NCBI GenBank assembly: GCA_022822205.1
Contig: JAJECC010000038.1
Coordinates: 68,529-132,528 of the forward strand
Direction: 5' to 3'
Source: Rhodospirillales bacterium
Lineage (GTDB): Bacteria > Pseudomonadota > Alphaproteobacteria > Rhodospirillales > UBA2165
DNA: 64,000 nt
Shown here: piece by piece, positions 1 through 9,562 of the stretch
Position numbering within the stretch: position 1 is the first letter of the stretch
Layout of the letters: each line of letters opens with the position of its first letter
Notes under the pieces: model-generated
What the model saw: the letters and a program-made list of their open reading frames with translations, nothing else
Databases searched by the model: none
Told to the model about the DNA's origin: nothing
Position numbers and translations under genes: made by a program

Positions 1-214
1 TGAAAAAGATCTCCCGCGGCAGGGCGCCGATCAGCCCGGCGACCTGCGCGCGCGCCGCCTCGACGGCCCCGCTCGCCTCGGCGCCGAAGGCATGGCTGTC
101 CGAATGGGGATTGCCGAACTTGCCGGAGAAATACGGCAGCATGGCCTCGACCACCCGCGGATCGGTGGGCGTGGTCGCCTGATTGTCCAGATAGATGCGC
201 TGCCGCTGATTCAT
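1..214 (-). CDS. iscS: cysteine desulfurase IscS, N-terminal part (runs off window start)
   Basis: Manual translation from ATG at 214: [38 protein letters not shown]; GGAGG RBS at 223-227; absent from the ORF track because it is truncated. Confidence 0.9.
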   Translation of the reverse strand, partial: MNQRQRIYLDNQATTPTDPRVVEAMLPYFSGKFGNPHSDSHAFGAEASGAVEAARAQVAGLIGALPREIFF

Positions 215-227
215 TCCGGAAACCTCC

Positions 228-1379
228 TCACGCCGCGCTTGCCTGGGCGGCGGCGGCCCGGGTCCGGCCGTGAAGTTCCGACCAGGCCGAAACGAAGGCC
301 TGGACATCATCCTCCGTCGAGTCCCAACCCAGGCTCACCCGGATGGATGATTGGGCGAGATCGTCGGGCGCCCCCATTGCGGCAAGCACATGGGACGGCT
401 CGACCTTGCCCGACGAGCAGGCCGAACCGGCACTGACCATCACCCCGGCCAGGTCGAGGGAAATGACCTGGGTCTCGCTGGGCAGGCCGCGGACGCCGAA
501 ACACAGGGTGTTGGGCAGCCGCTCGGCGCGCGCGCCGAAGAAGACGGCTTCGGGCGCGGCCGCACCGATCCGCAGTTCCATGTCGTCGCGCAGTTCTTCG
601 ACGGCATCGTAGCAGGCCATCGAGGTGCAGGCCGCGTCGAGCGCCGCGCCGAAGGCGGCGATCCCGGGAACGTTCTCGGTCCCCGCCCGGTGTCCCCGCT
701 CCTGACCGCCGCCCCGTATCTGGGGTTCGAGGCCGACGCCGTCACGAACGATCAGGGCGCCGACGCCCTGCGGCCCGCCCAGTTTATGGGACGACACGGT
801 CATCATATCCGCGCCGAGCCAGACCATGTCCACGGGCAGCTTGCCCGCCGCCTGAACCGCATCGGTGTGCAGCAGCGCCCCATGCCGGCGGGCGATCTCG
901 GCCGCCGCCGCCACCGGCTGGACCACGCCGGTTTCGTTGTTCGCCAGCATGATGGAAACCAGCGCCGGCGCATCATGCCCGGCCAGCAGGGCCTCGAGGG
1001 CGGCAAGGTCGACGACGCCGTCCCCGTCCGCCGGGATGATTTCGGCCCCAGGCGCGGCTTCCAGGACGGACGGATGCTCGATCGCCGACACCAGCAGGCG
1101 TTTCCGTCCGGCGCCCTTGATCGCCAGATTATTGGCTTCCGTGCCGCCGCTGGTGAACACCACCCCGGCAGGCGCCGCGCCGAGCGCCCCGGCCACTTGT
1201 TCCCGCGCCGTCTCCACATGCGCCCGCGCCCGGCGCCCGGCCCCATGCACCGAGGACCCGTTGCCCGTCTCGGCAAGCAGGCGGGTCATGATCTCGGCGG
1301 CTTCGGGCCGAAGCGGCGCCGTCGCGTTGTAGTCGAGATAAGCGCTCACAAGCTGGTTCCGTTCGCTATTCGTGGTCAA
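228..1379 (-). CDS. cysteine desulfurase family protein (NifS/IscS-like, second copy)
   Basis: [28 protein letters not shown] (PLP Lys) and SAGSACSS (catalytic Cys); start may be GTG at 1349. Confidence 0.93.
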   Translation of the reverse strand: MTTNSERNQLVSAYLDYNATAPLRPEAAEIMTRLLAETGNGSSVHGAGRRARAHVETAREQVAGALGAAPAGVVFTSGGTEANNLAIKGAGRKRLLVSAIEHPSVLEAAPGAEIIPADGDGVVDLAALEALLAGHDAPALVSIMLANNETGVVQPVAAAAEIARRHGALLHTDAVQAAGKLPVDMVWLGADMMTVSSHKLGGPQGVGALIVRDGVGLEPQIRGGGQERGHRAGTENVPGIAAFGAALDAACTSMACYDAVEELRDDMELRIGAAAPEAVFFGARAERLPNTLCFGVRGLPSETQVISLDLAGVMVSAGSACSSGKVEPSHVLAAMGAPDDLAQSSIRVSLGWDSTEDDVQAFVSAWSELHGRTRAAAAQASAA

Positions 1380-1418
1380 TTGCGGCGGCCGGACCGATGC
1401 CGGCCGAAACCGGCCCGG

Positions 1419-1931
1419 CTATTCCGCGGGAACCGGCGCAGGCTGCGGCTGCGGCGTCACGGGAACCGGCTGCCCGATCACCATCTCCGGCGCGCCCAGC
1501 AGGCCGCTGGTCCCCAGAACCCGGTTCTCGATCACGTCCTCGAGGGTGACCGAGCTCAGGTAGAGGTAAATCTGGTTGCCCAGTTCCTCCCACAAATCGT
1601 GGGTCAGGCAGCGGCTGCGGTCGGTATGGCATCCCTCCGGCGACCCCGGGGTACAACGGGTGGCCTTGATCGGCTCGTCGACCGCCAGGATGATGTCGGA
1701 AATCCGCATCTCGTTGGCGGCGCGGGCCAGCTGATAGCCGCCGCCAGGGCCCCGGACGCTTTTGACCTGGGATCCTTTGCGGAGCTTGCCGAACAGCTGC
1801 TCCAAATAGGAAAGCGAAATATCCTGACGCTCGGCGATGTCGGCCAACGCGACGGGCTGGCCCTCTCGGCTTTGACGGGCCAGATCAACCATTGCCATGA
1901 CGGCATAACGGCCCTTGGTGCTCAGCTTCAC
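1419..1931 (-). CDS. iscR: Fe-S cluster assembly regulator IscR (Rrf2 family)
   Basis: MKLSTKGRYAV, ISLSYLEQLF, SVRGPGGGY; three Cys plus His (TRC..GC..RCLTHDLW) retained. Confidence 0.93.
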   Translation of the reverse strand: MKLSTKGRYAVMAMVDLARQSREGQPVALADIAERQDISLSYLEQLFGKLRKGSQVKSVRGPGGGYQLARAANEMRISDIILAVDEPIKATRCTPGSPEGCHTDRSRCLTHDLWEELGNQIYLYLSSVTLEDVIENRVLGTSGLLGAPEMVIGQPVPVTPQPQPAPVPAE

Positions 1932-1982
1932 TAGCTGTCTCCTTCAATTGCTGCGATCGCCACGGCCCTCGGGCGGGGACGA

Positions 1983-2762
1983 TCAGTCATTCCCGGTGCG
2001 GGTCAGCGGGTCTTCCTCCCCGCCTTGGCCGCGGTCGCTGTCTTCTTGATTGTTCATTGTTTCGCGGGCGCCGTTGCCCCGGCGCTTCAGCTCTTGGTTG
2101 TCGCGCTCGAGGCCGTCGATGCGCGCCGTCAGCGCCTGCAATTGGCTGCGCAGGCTCTCGAAACTCTTGGCCACCGGATCGGGCAGGTCATCGGTCGGCG
2201 TGCCGTAGGCGGTGAAGTCGTCATCCGGGGACCTGCCCCTGGCCATGACCATCTTGGCCGGGATGCCGACCATGGTGGCGCCTTCGGGCACGTCCTTCAG
2301 CACCACGGCGTTGGCGCCGATGCGCGCGCCTTCACCGACGGTGATGGGCCCCAGGACTTGTGCGCCGGAGCCGACAATGACCCGGTCGCGCACCGTCGGG
2401 TGGCGCTTGCCCTTCTCCAGCGACGTCCCGCCGAGCGTCACGCCCTGGTAGAGGGTCACGTCGTCGCCGATCTCGGAGGTCTCGCCGATCACCACGCCGG
2501 TGCCGTGGTCGATGAACATCCGGCGCCCGATCGTCGCGCCGGGATGAATTTCAATGCCGGTGACCACCTTGGCGAAGTTGGAAACGAAACGGGCGATCAG
2601 ATGAAAGCCCTTGCGCCAGAACAGGTTGGAAAACCGGTAATACAGAATGGCGTGATAGCCGGGATAGCACAGAAATACTTCGAGCTTGGAGCGCGCCGCC
2701 GGGTCCCGGTCCATGAACGACCGAATATCTTCGTGAAGTCTCTTGAAAAAGCGCTGCTTCAT
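1983..2762 (-). CDS. cysE: serine O-acetyltransferase
   Basis: [33 protein letters not shown] hexapeptide repeats; ATG at 2762 preferred over the track start 2837. Confidence 0.95.
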   Translation of the reverse strand: MKQRFFKRLHEDIRSFMDRDPAARSKLEVFLCYPGYHAILYYRFSNLFWRKGFHLIARFVSNFAKVVTGIEIHPGATIGRRMFIDHGTGVVIGETSEIGDDVTLYQGVTLGGTSLEKGKRHPTVRDRVIVGSGAQVLGPITVGEGARIGANAVVLKDVPEGATMVGIPAKMVMARGRSPDDDFTAYGTPTDDLPDPVAKSFESLRSQLQALTARIDGLERDNQELKRRGNGARETMNNQEDSDRGQGGEEDPLTRTGND

Positions 2763-2844
2763 TGTGCTAGTATCCGCCGCCCGTTCGTCCGGAGGGACGG
2801 CCGTGGATACGGAGTCCCGCCGTCCAAATGGTGCCACAAGGTCT

Positions 2845-2899
2845 AATCCCAGGTAATTTAGTCGGGTATATAGATTGTCCGACTAATCTAGTCAAGTAA
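2845..2899 (-). promoter_or_regulatory. two tandem type-1 IscR boxes overlapping a sigma70-type promoter for cysE-iscR-iscS
   Basis: Minus strand TTACTTGACTAGATTAGTCGGACAA (2875-2899) and ATACCCGACTAAATTACCTGGGATT (2845-2869) fit ATASYYGACTRwwwYAGTCRRSTAT; TTGACT-17 bp-TATATA lies within them. Confidence 0.8.
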
Positions 2900-3011
2900 T
2901 AAAGCCCGCTTTTTTGGGAAATTTGAGGTAAATCGATCAAATTCATGGGTCTGAATTAACCAATTGACCCGCTTTGGAAACACGACCCGCTACCAGGAAC
3001 CCGTCAATTCG

Positions 3012-3671
3012 ATGCCCGAAGTTATCTTCAACGGTCCCGACGGCCGCCTCGAAGGCCGCTATCATCAGAGCAAGACGCCCAACGCGCCCATCGCGATCGT
3101 GCTGCATCCGCACCCCCTCCACGGCGGCAACATGAACAATCGCGTCGTCTACACGGTGTTCAACGCCTTCGCCGACCGGGGGTTCTCGGTGCTCAGGTTC
3201 AATTTCCGGGGCGTCGGCAAATCGCAGGGCGCCTTCGATGCCGGGATCGGCGAGTTGAGCGATGCGGCCTACGCCTTCGACTGGATGCAGCAGATCAATC
3301 AGAACAGCCGGTTCTGCTGGATCGGCGGCTATTCCTTCGGGGCGCTGATCGCCATGCAGTTGATGATGCGGCGCCCGGAAATCGGAGGCTTCATCTCGGT
3401 GTCGCCGCCGGCCAGCACCGAGGACTTCACGTTCCTCGCCCCCTGCCCGTCGTCGGGGCTGATCGTCCACGGCGACAAGGACGAGCAGGTGCCCCTGGAC
3501 GCGGTAAACAGGCTGGCAACCAAACTCGACAATCAGAAGAACATTTCGGTGGGGCTCAGCGTCATCCAGGGCGGCGATCATTTCTATCAGGACAAGCTGG
3601 ACAAGCTCGATGGCGAAGTCGGCGCCTATCTCGACGAGGCGCTGAAGCCGGCCGAGGACGCCGACGCCTGA
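3012..3671 (+). CDS. alpha/beta hydrolase (alphaproteobacterial family often adjacent to isc genes)
   Basis: MPEVIFNGPDGRLEGRY, LHPHP, RFNFRGVG, GYSFG nucleophile elbow, DHF. Confidence 0.88.
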   Translation: MPEVIFNGPDGRLEGRYHQSKTPNAPIAIVLHPHPLHGGNMNNRVVYTVFNAFADRGFSVLRFNFRGVGKSQGAFDAGIGELSDAAYAFDWMQQINQNSRFCWIGGYSFGALIAMQLMMRRPEIGGFISVSPPASTEDFTFLAPCPSSGLIVHGDKDEQVPLDAVNRLATKLDNQKNISVGLSVIQGGDHFYQDKLDKLDGEVGAYLDEALKPAEDADA

Positions 3672-3679
3672 ACGGTAGG

Positions 3680-4777
3680 CTAAGCCGCCGCCCCGGCCCG
3701 GTGATGGACCCCGCCCGGCGCCGGAGATGAAACACCCGTGGTGCCGGGGACGCTGAGCGGCAGGCCTCTCAGCGACCGGACCGCCAGATAGGCGAATGCC
3801 TGCGCCTCCAGCATGTCGCCGTCCCATCCGGCCGCCTCGACGGGCTCGATCGCCGTCCCCAGGGCATCGGCCAATTCCGCCATGAGCACCGGGTTGCGCC
3901 GCCCGCCGCCGGTGACCAGCCATCTTCGCGGCGTTCCCGGAAGATGCGGCGCGGCGGCGGCCACCGAGGCGGCGGTAAACGCCGACAAGGTCGCCGCGCC
4001 ATCCGCGTCGCCGAGGCGTTCGGCGGGCCCGGCCGAAAAATCCAGCCGGTCGAGGGACTTCGGCGGCGCGAGGCCGAAATAGGGGCGATCCATCAGTTCC
4101 GCCAACACGTCCCGGTTCACCGTACCCGAGGCGGCCAGCCGCCCGTCCTCATCCATGGCGGCGCCCCGCCGCGCGGCCACCCAATCGTCCAGCAGGGCAT
4201 TGGCCGGACCGGTATCGAAGGCGAGCAATGTGCCGGGCGCCTCGGGCTCGCCTTCGCCGATCCATGTCACGTTCGCGACGCCGCCCAGATTGAGCACCGC
4301 CAGCGGTTTTTCGAGGCCGCGGGCGAGCGCCCAGTGATAGAGCGGCGCAAACGGCGCCCCCTGCCCGCCGTGCGCCATGTCGTTGCTGCGGAAATCATTC
4401 ACCACATCGATGCCGGTAAGCCGGGCCAGCCGCTCTCCATCGCCGAGCTGCAATGTGGCCGCCGCCTCGGGCAAATGGTTGACGGTCTGGCCATGAAAGC
4501 CGATGACATCGATGTCCGGCGGCGCCAGGCCGGCCTTGGCGAGCAGCGCCGAGACCTGCTCCGCGTGGCGGCCGGTCAGCTCTTCCTCCACGGCCGGATC
4601 GGCCGCGGTCCGGCGCAGGCAGCCCCGCAAACGGCCGCGGAACGCGGCATCATAGGTTCCGGACAATGAGGCGCCGAGCTCGAACACGCCCACGCCGTCG
4701 GTCTTGATGATGGCCGCGTCGATGCCGTCCAGCGACGTGCCGCTCATCAGGCCGAGTGCGGTACGGATTGTCGTCAC
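3680..4777 (-). CDS. anmK: anhydro-N-acetylmuramic acid kinase
   Basis: [41 protein letters not shown]; start probably GTG at 4777. Confidence 0.95.
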   Translation of the reverse strand: MTTIRTALGLMSGTSLDGIDAAIIKTDGVGVFELGASLSGTYDAAFRGRLRGCLRRTAADPAVEEELTGRHAEQVSALLAKAGLAPPDIDVIGFHGQTVNHLPEAAATLQLGDGERLARLTGIDVVNDFRSNDMAHGGQGAPFAPLYHWALARGLEKPLAVLNLGGVANVTWIGEGEPEAPGTLLAFDTGPANALLDDWVAARRGAAMDEDGRLAASGTVNRDVLAELMDRPYFGLAPPKSLDRLDFSAGPAERLGDADGAATLSAFTAASVAAAAPHLPGTPRRWLVTGGGRRNPVLMAELADALGTAIEPVEAAGWDGDMLEAQAFAYLAVRSLRGLPLSVPGTTGVSSPAPGGVHHRAGAAA

Positions 4778-4879
4778 CGCGCCGGCCGGGGCCGTTGTTC
4801 GCCGCACCCGAGTGTGCTAAAGCGACGCCCCATTCCGGCGGCAAGGCGAAGATTCGCGAGACGGCAAGGCATCAATCTC

Positions 4880-6130
4880 ATGTCCTCCTTTAAATCAGAT
4901 TTCATGAATGCGGTCCACGAGCGGGGCTATGTCCATCAGTGCACGGACGATGCGGGGCTGGATGCGTTCGCCGACGGGAAGAGAGTGGTCGCATACATCG
5001 GTTTCGACTGCACCGCCCCGAGCCTCCATGTGGGCTCGCTGGTTCAGATCATGATGCTGCGCCTGCTGCAAAAGACCGGGCATCGTCCCATCGTGCTGCT
5101 TGGCGGCGGCACCACCAAGGTCGGCGATCCCAGCGGCAAGGATGAAAGCCGCGGGATCCTCACCTACGAGCGGATCGAGGAGAACAAGCGGGGCATTCGA
5201 CGCGCTTTCGAGAAATATCTGAGTTTCGACGACGGCCCCACCGGCGCCATCATGGCCGACAACGCCGAATGGCTGGACGAGCTCAACTACATTTCCCTGC
5301 TCAGGGATTACGGCCCGCACTTCACCATCAACCGGATGCTGACCTTCGATAGCGTCAGGCTCCGGCTCGAGCGCGAACAGCCGCTGACCTTTCTGGAATT
5401 CAACTACATGATTCTCCAGGCCTATGACTTCGTCGAACTCGCCAGGCGCCATGACTGCGTGATGCAGATGGGCGGGTCGGACCAGTGGGGCAACATCGTC
5501 AACGGCATCGAGCTTGGCCGCCGGGTCGGTGGATTGTCGCTCTACGGGCTGACCTCGCCGCTGATCACCACCTCGTCGGGCGCCAAGATGGGCAAGTCCG
5601 CGGACGGCGCCGTCTGGCTGGATGCGGAGATGGTCGGCGCTTACGAGTTCTGGCAGTACTGGCGCAACGCCGAAGATGCCGACGTGGGCCGGTTCCTCGG
5701 CCTGTTCACCGAACTCCCGATGGACGAAGTGAACCGTCTGGCGGCGCTCGAGGGCGCCGAACTCAACGACGCCAAGAAGATCCTGGCCACCGAGGTCACC
5801 GCCCTCTGCCACGGCGCCGAAGCCGCGCGGGAAGCCGAGGAGACCTCCCGGCGCACCTTCGAGGAAGGAGCGGCGGACGAGGGCCTGCCCGGTATCGAGA
5901 TCAGCGAGGCCGACTTCGGCGGCGGTCTCCAGGCCTTCGAGCTGTTCAGGCGCGCCGGCCTCGCCAACTCCAATGGCGAGGCGCGCCGCCTGATCAAAGG
6001 CGGCGGCGCCCGCATCAACGGCCGGCCGGTGGCGAGCGAAACGGAGACCGTAGAGGCCTCTGCGTTTTCCGGCCGGACGCTTAAACTCTCGGCGGGCAAG
6101 AAACGGCACGCTTTGGTGAAACTGGTCTAG
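4880..6130 (+). CDS. tyrS: tyrosine--tRNA ligase
   Basis: [15 protein letters not shown] (HIGH-like), [17 protein letters not shown]-terminal S4 domain. Confidence 0.97.
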   Translation: MSSFKSDFMNAVHERGYVHQCTDDAGLDAFADGKRVVAYIGFDCTAPSLHVGSLVQIMMLRLLQKTGHRPIVLLGGGTTKVGDPSGKDESRGILTYERIEENKRGIRRAFEKYLSFDDGPTGAIMADNAEWLDELNYISLLRDYGPHFTINRMLTFDSVRLRLEREQPLTFLEFNYMILQAYDFVELARRHDCVMQMGGSDQWGNIVNGIELGRRVGGLSLYGLTSPLITTSSGAKMGKSADGAVWLDAEMVGAYEFWQYWRNAEDADVGRFLGLFTELPMDEVNRLAALEGAELNDAKKILATEVTALCHGAEAAREAEETSRRTFEEGAADEGLPGIEISEADFGGGLQAFELFRRAGLANSNGEARRLIKGGGARINGRPVASETETVEASAFSGRTLKLSAGKKRHALVKLV

Positions 6131-6181
6131 GGTCTGGATTCGATTAGGGGCAACGCCGCGGCTCCTCCCTCACCCCCAAAT

Positions 6182-6215
6182 CGTCATGCCCGGGTCCTTG
6201 CCCGGCCGATCGGGC
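6182..6215. repeat. GC-rich hairpin / degenerate CGTC-headed REP-like element between convergent genes
   Basis: cgtcatgcccgggtccttgcccggccgatcgggc; ccggg/cccgg and gcccg/cgggc can pair. Confidence 0.35.
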
Positions 6216-9200
6216 TCAGTTCGCTTCGACCTTGGGCGCATCCGTCCCGGCCGCCGGCGCTTCGGATTTCTGTTCGAAAAACTCAAAAAATTTTCTTAGG
6301 AAACCGGGCGTCAACGCGGACAGCGGATTGATTTTGACGTCGGGCTCTTCGATCATGCCGCGAACCGAATAGTCGGCGGCGAACACCCCGCCCCCTTCTT
6401 CACCGCCGGTGAGCACCTGCCCAATGATCGGCAGCCGGCCGAGCACACTGTCGAGCAGACTGTTGATCACGTAGGCCGGCACAATGGTGCCGGAGAGATC
6501 CATGGTCGAGGCATCGGTATCGATGGCGCCGGACGCCGTGAAACCCAGCGGCCCGATGGCCAGGGCATCGGTGACCGCGATCACGCCGCCGCGGTCGACG
6601 AACGGGACGTTCAGCGTCGTAAAGGCGAGGCCTTCGCCGGTCAACAGTTTGAGAAAGCCGGTCAGCGACGCAAGGGACAGCAGGCGCGCCAGAACCGGCG
6701 TATCGGTTACCCGGAAATCACGGATCGTCGCCCGGCCGGCCAGCGGCTGCTTGGGTTCATCATCGTGGTAAACCCCTTCGACGAGCAAATTGCCGCCGAC
6801 GACCTCGTCATAAAGATCGAACGTCCGCAGCACCGCGCCCGCGTCGTCGGACTGGATTTTCAGCGACCGGCGCCCGTTCCCGGACCGCAGGTCGAGCTTC
6901 AGGGAACCGCCGCCGTCAAGCGCCGCCTGAAGCTCCATCCGGCGCCACAGCCTGCCATCGAAGACCAAGGCGCCGGCAACATTGGCGAGGGTGCGTTTCG
7001 GCTGGAGCCGGACCGTGTCGAAATTGAGCGAAATGGTCATCGACGCCGTTCGCTCCTGTTCTTCGTCGGCCCCGTCATCGGTGTCCAACCATGCGGTCAG
7101 ATCGAGCTTCGGACCCCGGATATCCATGTCCCATGCGTCGTCGCCCGGGACAACGATGCCGGACAGGTCGGTCTCGCCGAACGCCAGCCGGTCGATGGTG
7201 ACGCGCCGCAAGTCGCCGTCGCGGATGCCGGCGGAGCCTTTGATCTCCAGTCCGCCGCCGCCAATGGAAAAGGACGGGACATCCAGCAGGGTGCCGCCGT
7301 CAAGGCGGGCGGTAATGTTGCCCCGGGCCTGGGCGCCGGCCTTCTTGCGCCAGCCGAAACGGGGGATCGCCAGCTCCGCGCCGGTCAGGCCCACGTCGAT
7401 GGAAAGCTCGCCGATGCCCTCCGGGTCCCGCACCACCACGGCTTCGATATCCGTCGGTCCGTCGAGGAAAACCTGTCCAAACATCTGTGGCTCAAGACCA
7501 AAGACCCGCCGGCGCTGCTCCGCGTCGAGGCGCGCCTTGATGGTCTGACGGCTGCGCACGGCGGGGTCGCCGGCGAAGTTCATCCGCCAACCGACCTGGG
7601 CGTCGGCGCCCGCCACCCGGACGCGGCCCGTCAGGTTCATACCGTCCCGGTCAACTACCAGATCCAGTTGCCCATTCAACAAGTCGAAGCCATAGAACAG
7701 GCCGCCCGCCCGGACATCCCGGAGGGCCGATTTGGCTTCGATCTCGACCTCGTCGATGGTGAGATCGCGCTCGGCCAGGAACCGCAGCTTGAGGCGTGTA
7801 CTGGTCGCGCCGTCCATCGCCGCCGGGTCGACGCCGGCGGCGGACGCAAATTTCAGCGGTTCCATTTCGATCAGCGACAGGGCGTTTTGCAACGGACCGT
7901 CGACGATGACGTCGATGTCGGCGAATTGGTCGAACCCGTCGAGGCCGGTGAACACCACGGTCCCGCCGCGGACGTTGAGCCCGTTGGACGTGCCGCCGGT
8001 GACGGCGATATCGAATCGCTTGGCATTGTACTTGGCCCGGCCGCTGACCCCGACCGCCGGCGGCAGGCCCTCGAGATAGGTCACCTGAGTGTCATCGATG
8101 GCGATACCGCCGTTGATCGCCGATACGGAAAACCCATTGGATTCATTGTACGTACCGAACAGGCGAACCGTCGCTTCGCTGAACGTGCCGCCGGCCATGT
8201 TGGCGAAAATCCAGTTTCGCGGATCCTCGCCCCACTGCGCGGGCCAGAACTCCGTCAGCCGGTCGAAGGGCACATCGTTGATAACGCCGTCAATCTCGAA
8301 CTCGGTATCGCCGCCGATTTCCTGAACGGAACCGGTCAGGGTGGCCGTCGGGCCGTCCAACTCCAGGGACAGCTTGGCGATATCCAGCCGGTCGAAGTCC
8401 AGGAAGTACCGGCCGGTCAGTTTCAGTCCGCGCAGGGGGAAGCCGTGATTGACCGGGTCGGGAAGCCGGATCACGCCCTTTTTCGGAAACTCGACGGACA
8501 ACTCCTCGATCAAGGCGGTTGCCCGCGCCTGGTCGAAGCGTCCTCTCAGGCCGGCGAATTCGATGGGAAGCTCAAGACCGGCGATGCCGCTCGCCAGAAT
8601 GTGCCCCGCGCCGGTGGAGAGCACGAACTCGGCTTCTGGAATTTCGCCGCCGGCCAGCGCCGTCGCGGTGACCGTGCCGCTCACCGGCGCATCGACGAAA
8701 CTCCCAAGGTCGAGCCGCGGATGAATCCGGGCGAATAGCCGGGGATTGAGATTGGCGAACCCGACATCCAGTTTGAGTCTCTCTTCACTGATGTCGAACG
8801 TCCCGCCAATGGCGAACGAGGCCTTTTCTTCCCCGACATCGAAATCCAGGTCCGCCTCGCCGACGATGGTGCCGAACTCGCGGGACAGGCCGATATTCGC
8901 CGTGTCGGATCGCCAGACCGTATTGGTGAGCCGGTCGTTGATCGTCAGATCGCCATTTATGATTCGCACCCGTTGCAAATGGCTGAGCGGCCCCGCCGTG
9001 TCCGCGGGCGCCAGGAACTGCTGTACGATCACGCCGGCAACCGCCGCCCCGCCTCTCGCGCCCTTCGCCTCCGGCAAGTCGAGTTCAATCCCGCCGTGGA
9101 TTTGCCGTGTCAGGTTGAGGGCCGGGTTGCGGATCGAGATGGACCGGGGGGCGAGTTTCCCCTGCAACAGGGCCCCACCGCTCAGCGTGACGCTGAAATC

Positions 9201-9485
9201 CGGAATGTCGGCAATGACCGTGCCGGATTGCCCGATGGCCTTCGCCCCCTGGACCCGGATTTCAAGCGTGCTGGTCTCGCCCGACCAGGTCAGGACGGTG
9301 TCGTCGAGTTTGACCGCGAACGCGCCGTCACCGAACTTCAGCGCGGCTTCGAAATAGGGCGAGAAGAAGGCGAGCGAGATGGGTCCGGCCGACAGCCGCC
9401 AGGCCAGGAGACCGAAGACGATCGCCAAGCCCACGGCGAGCACGCCGATCAACTGCATAAATCCGCGAAAGGTGTGAATAATCAC
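6216..9485 (-). CDS. YhdP/AsmA-like (DUF3971, AsmA_2) envelope protein
   Basis: 1089 aa, N-terminal TM (WRLSAGPISL), glycine-rich beta strands, C-terminal GTIVPAYVINS and INPLSALTPGFLR. Confidence 0.85.
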   Translation of the reverse strand: MIIHTFRGFMQLIGVLAVGLAIVFGLLAWRLSAGPISLAFFSPYFEAALKFGDGAFAVKLDDTVLTWSGETSTLEIRVQGAKAIGQSGTVIADIPDFSVTLSGGALLQGKLAPRSISIRNPALNLTRQIHGGIELDLPEAKGARGGAAVAGVIVQQFLAPADTAGPLSHLQRVRIINGDLTINDRLTNTVWRSDTANIGLSREFGTIVGEADLDFDVGEEKASFAIGGTFDISEERLKLDVGFANLNPRLFARIHPRLDLGSFVDAPVSGTVTATALAGGEIPEAEFVLSTGAGHILASGIAGLELPIEFAGLRGRFDQARATALIEELSVEFPKKGVIRLPDPVNHGFPLRGLKLTGRYFLDFDRLDIAKLSLELDGPTATLTGSVQEIGGDTEFEIDGVINDVPFDRLTEFWPAQWGEDPRNWIFANMAGGTFSEATVRLFGTYNESNGFSVSAINGGIAIDDTQVTYLEGLPPAVGVSGRAKYNAKRFDIAVTGGTSNGLNVRGGTVVFTGLDGFDQFADIDVIVDGPLQNALSLIEMEPLKFASAAGVDPAAMDGATSTRLKLRFLAERDLTIDEVEIEAKSALRDVRAGGLFYGFDLLNGQLDLVVDRDGMNLTGRVRVAGADAQVGWRMNFAGDPAVRSRQTIKARLDAEQRRRVFGLEPQMFGQVFLDGPTDIEAVVVRDPEGIGELSIDVGLTGAELAIPRFGWRKKAGAQARGNITARLDGGTLLDVPSFSIGGGGLEIKGSAGIRDGDLRRVTIDRLAFGETDLSGIVVPGDDAWDMDIRGPKLDLTAWLDTDDGADEEQERTASMTISLNFDTVRLQPKRTLANVAGALVFDGRLWRRMELQAALDGGGSLKLDLRSGNGRRSLKIQSDDAGAVLRTFDLYDEVVGGNLLVEGVYHDDEPKQPLAGRATIRDFRVTDTPVLARLLSLASLTGFLKLLTGEGLAFTTLNVPFVDRGGVIAVTDALAIGPLGFTASGAIDTDASTMDLSGTIVPAYVINSLLDSVLGRLPIIGQVLTGGEEGGGVFAADYSVRGMIEEPDVKINPLSALTPGFLRKFFEFFEQKSEAPAAGTDAPKVEAN

Positions 9486-9562
9486 GTCGTTTCGATACCT
9501 TTAACGCGGCTTGACCACAAGATTCAGTTACAGCAGTGTGCGGCAATTCCGGGCATTTTGAA

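Noticed and set aside
351-1934. 527-aa plus-strand ORF
   Set aside because: Antisense to the desulfurase and iscR genes; no recognisable domain.
6765-8738. 657-aa plus-strand ORF
   Set aside because: Antisense shadow of the YhdP-like gene.
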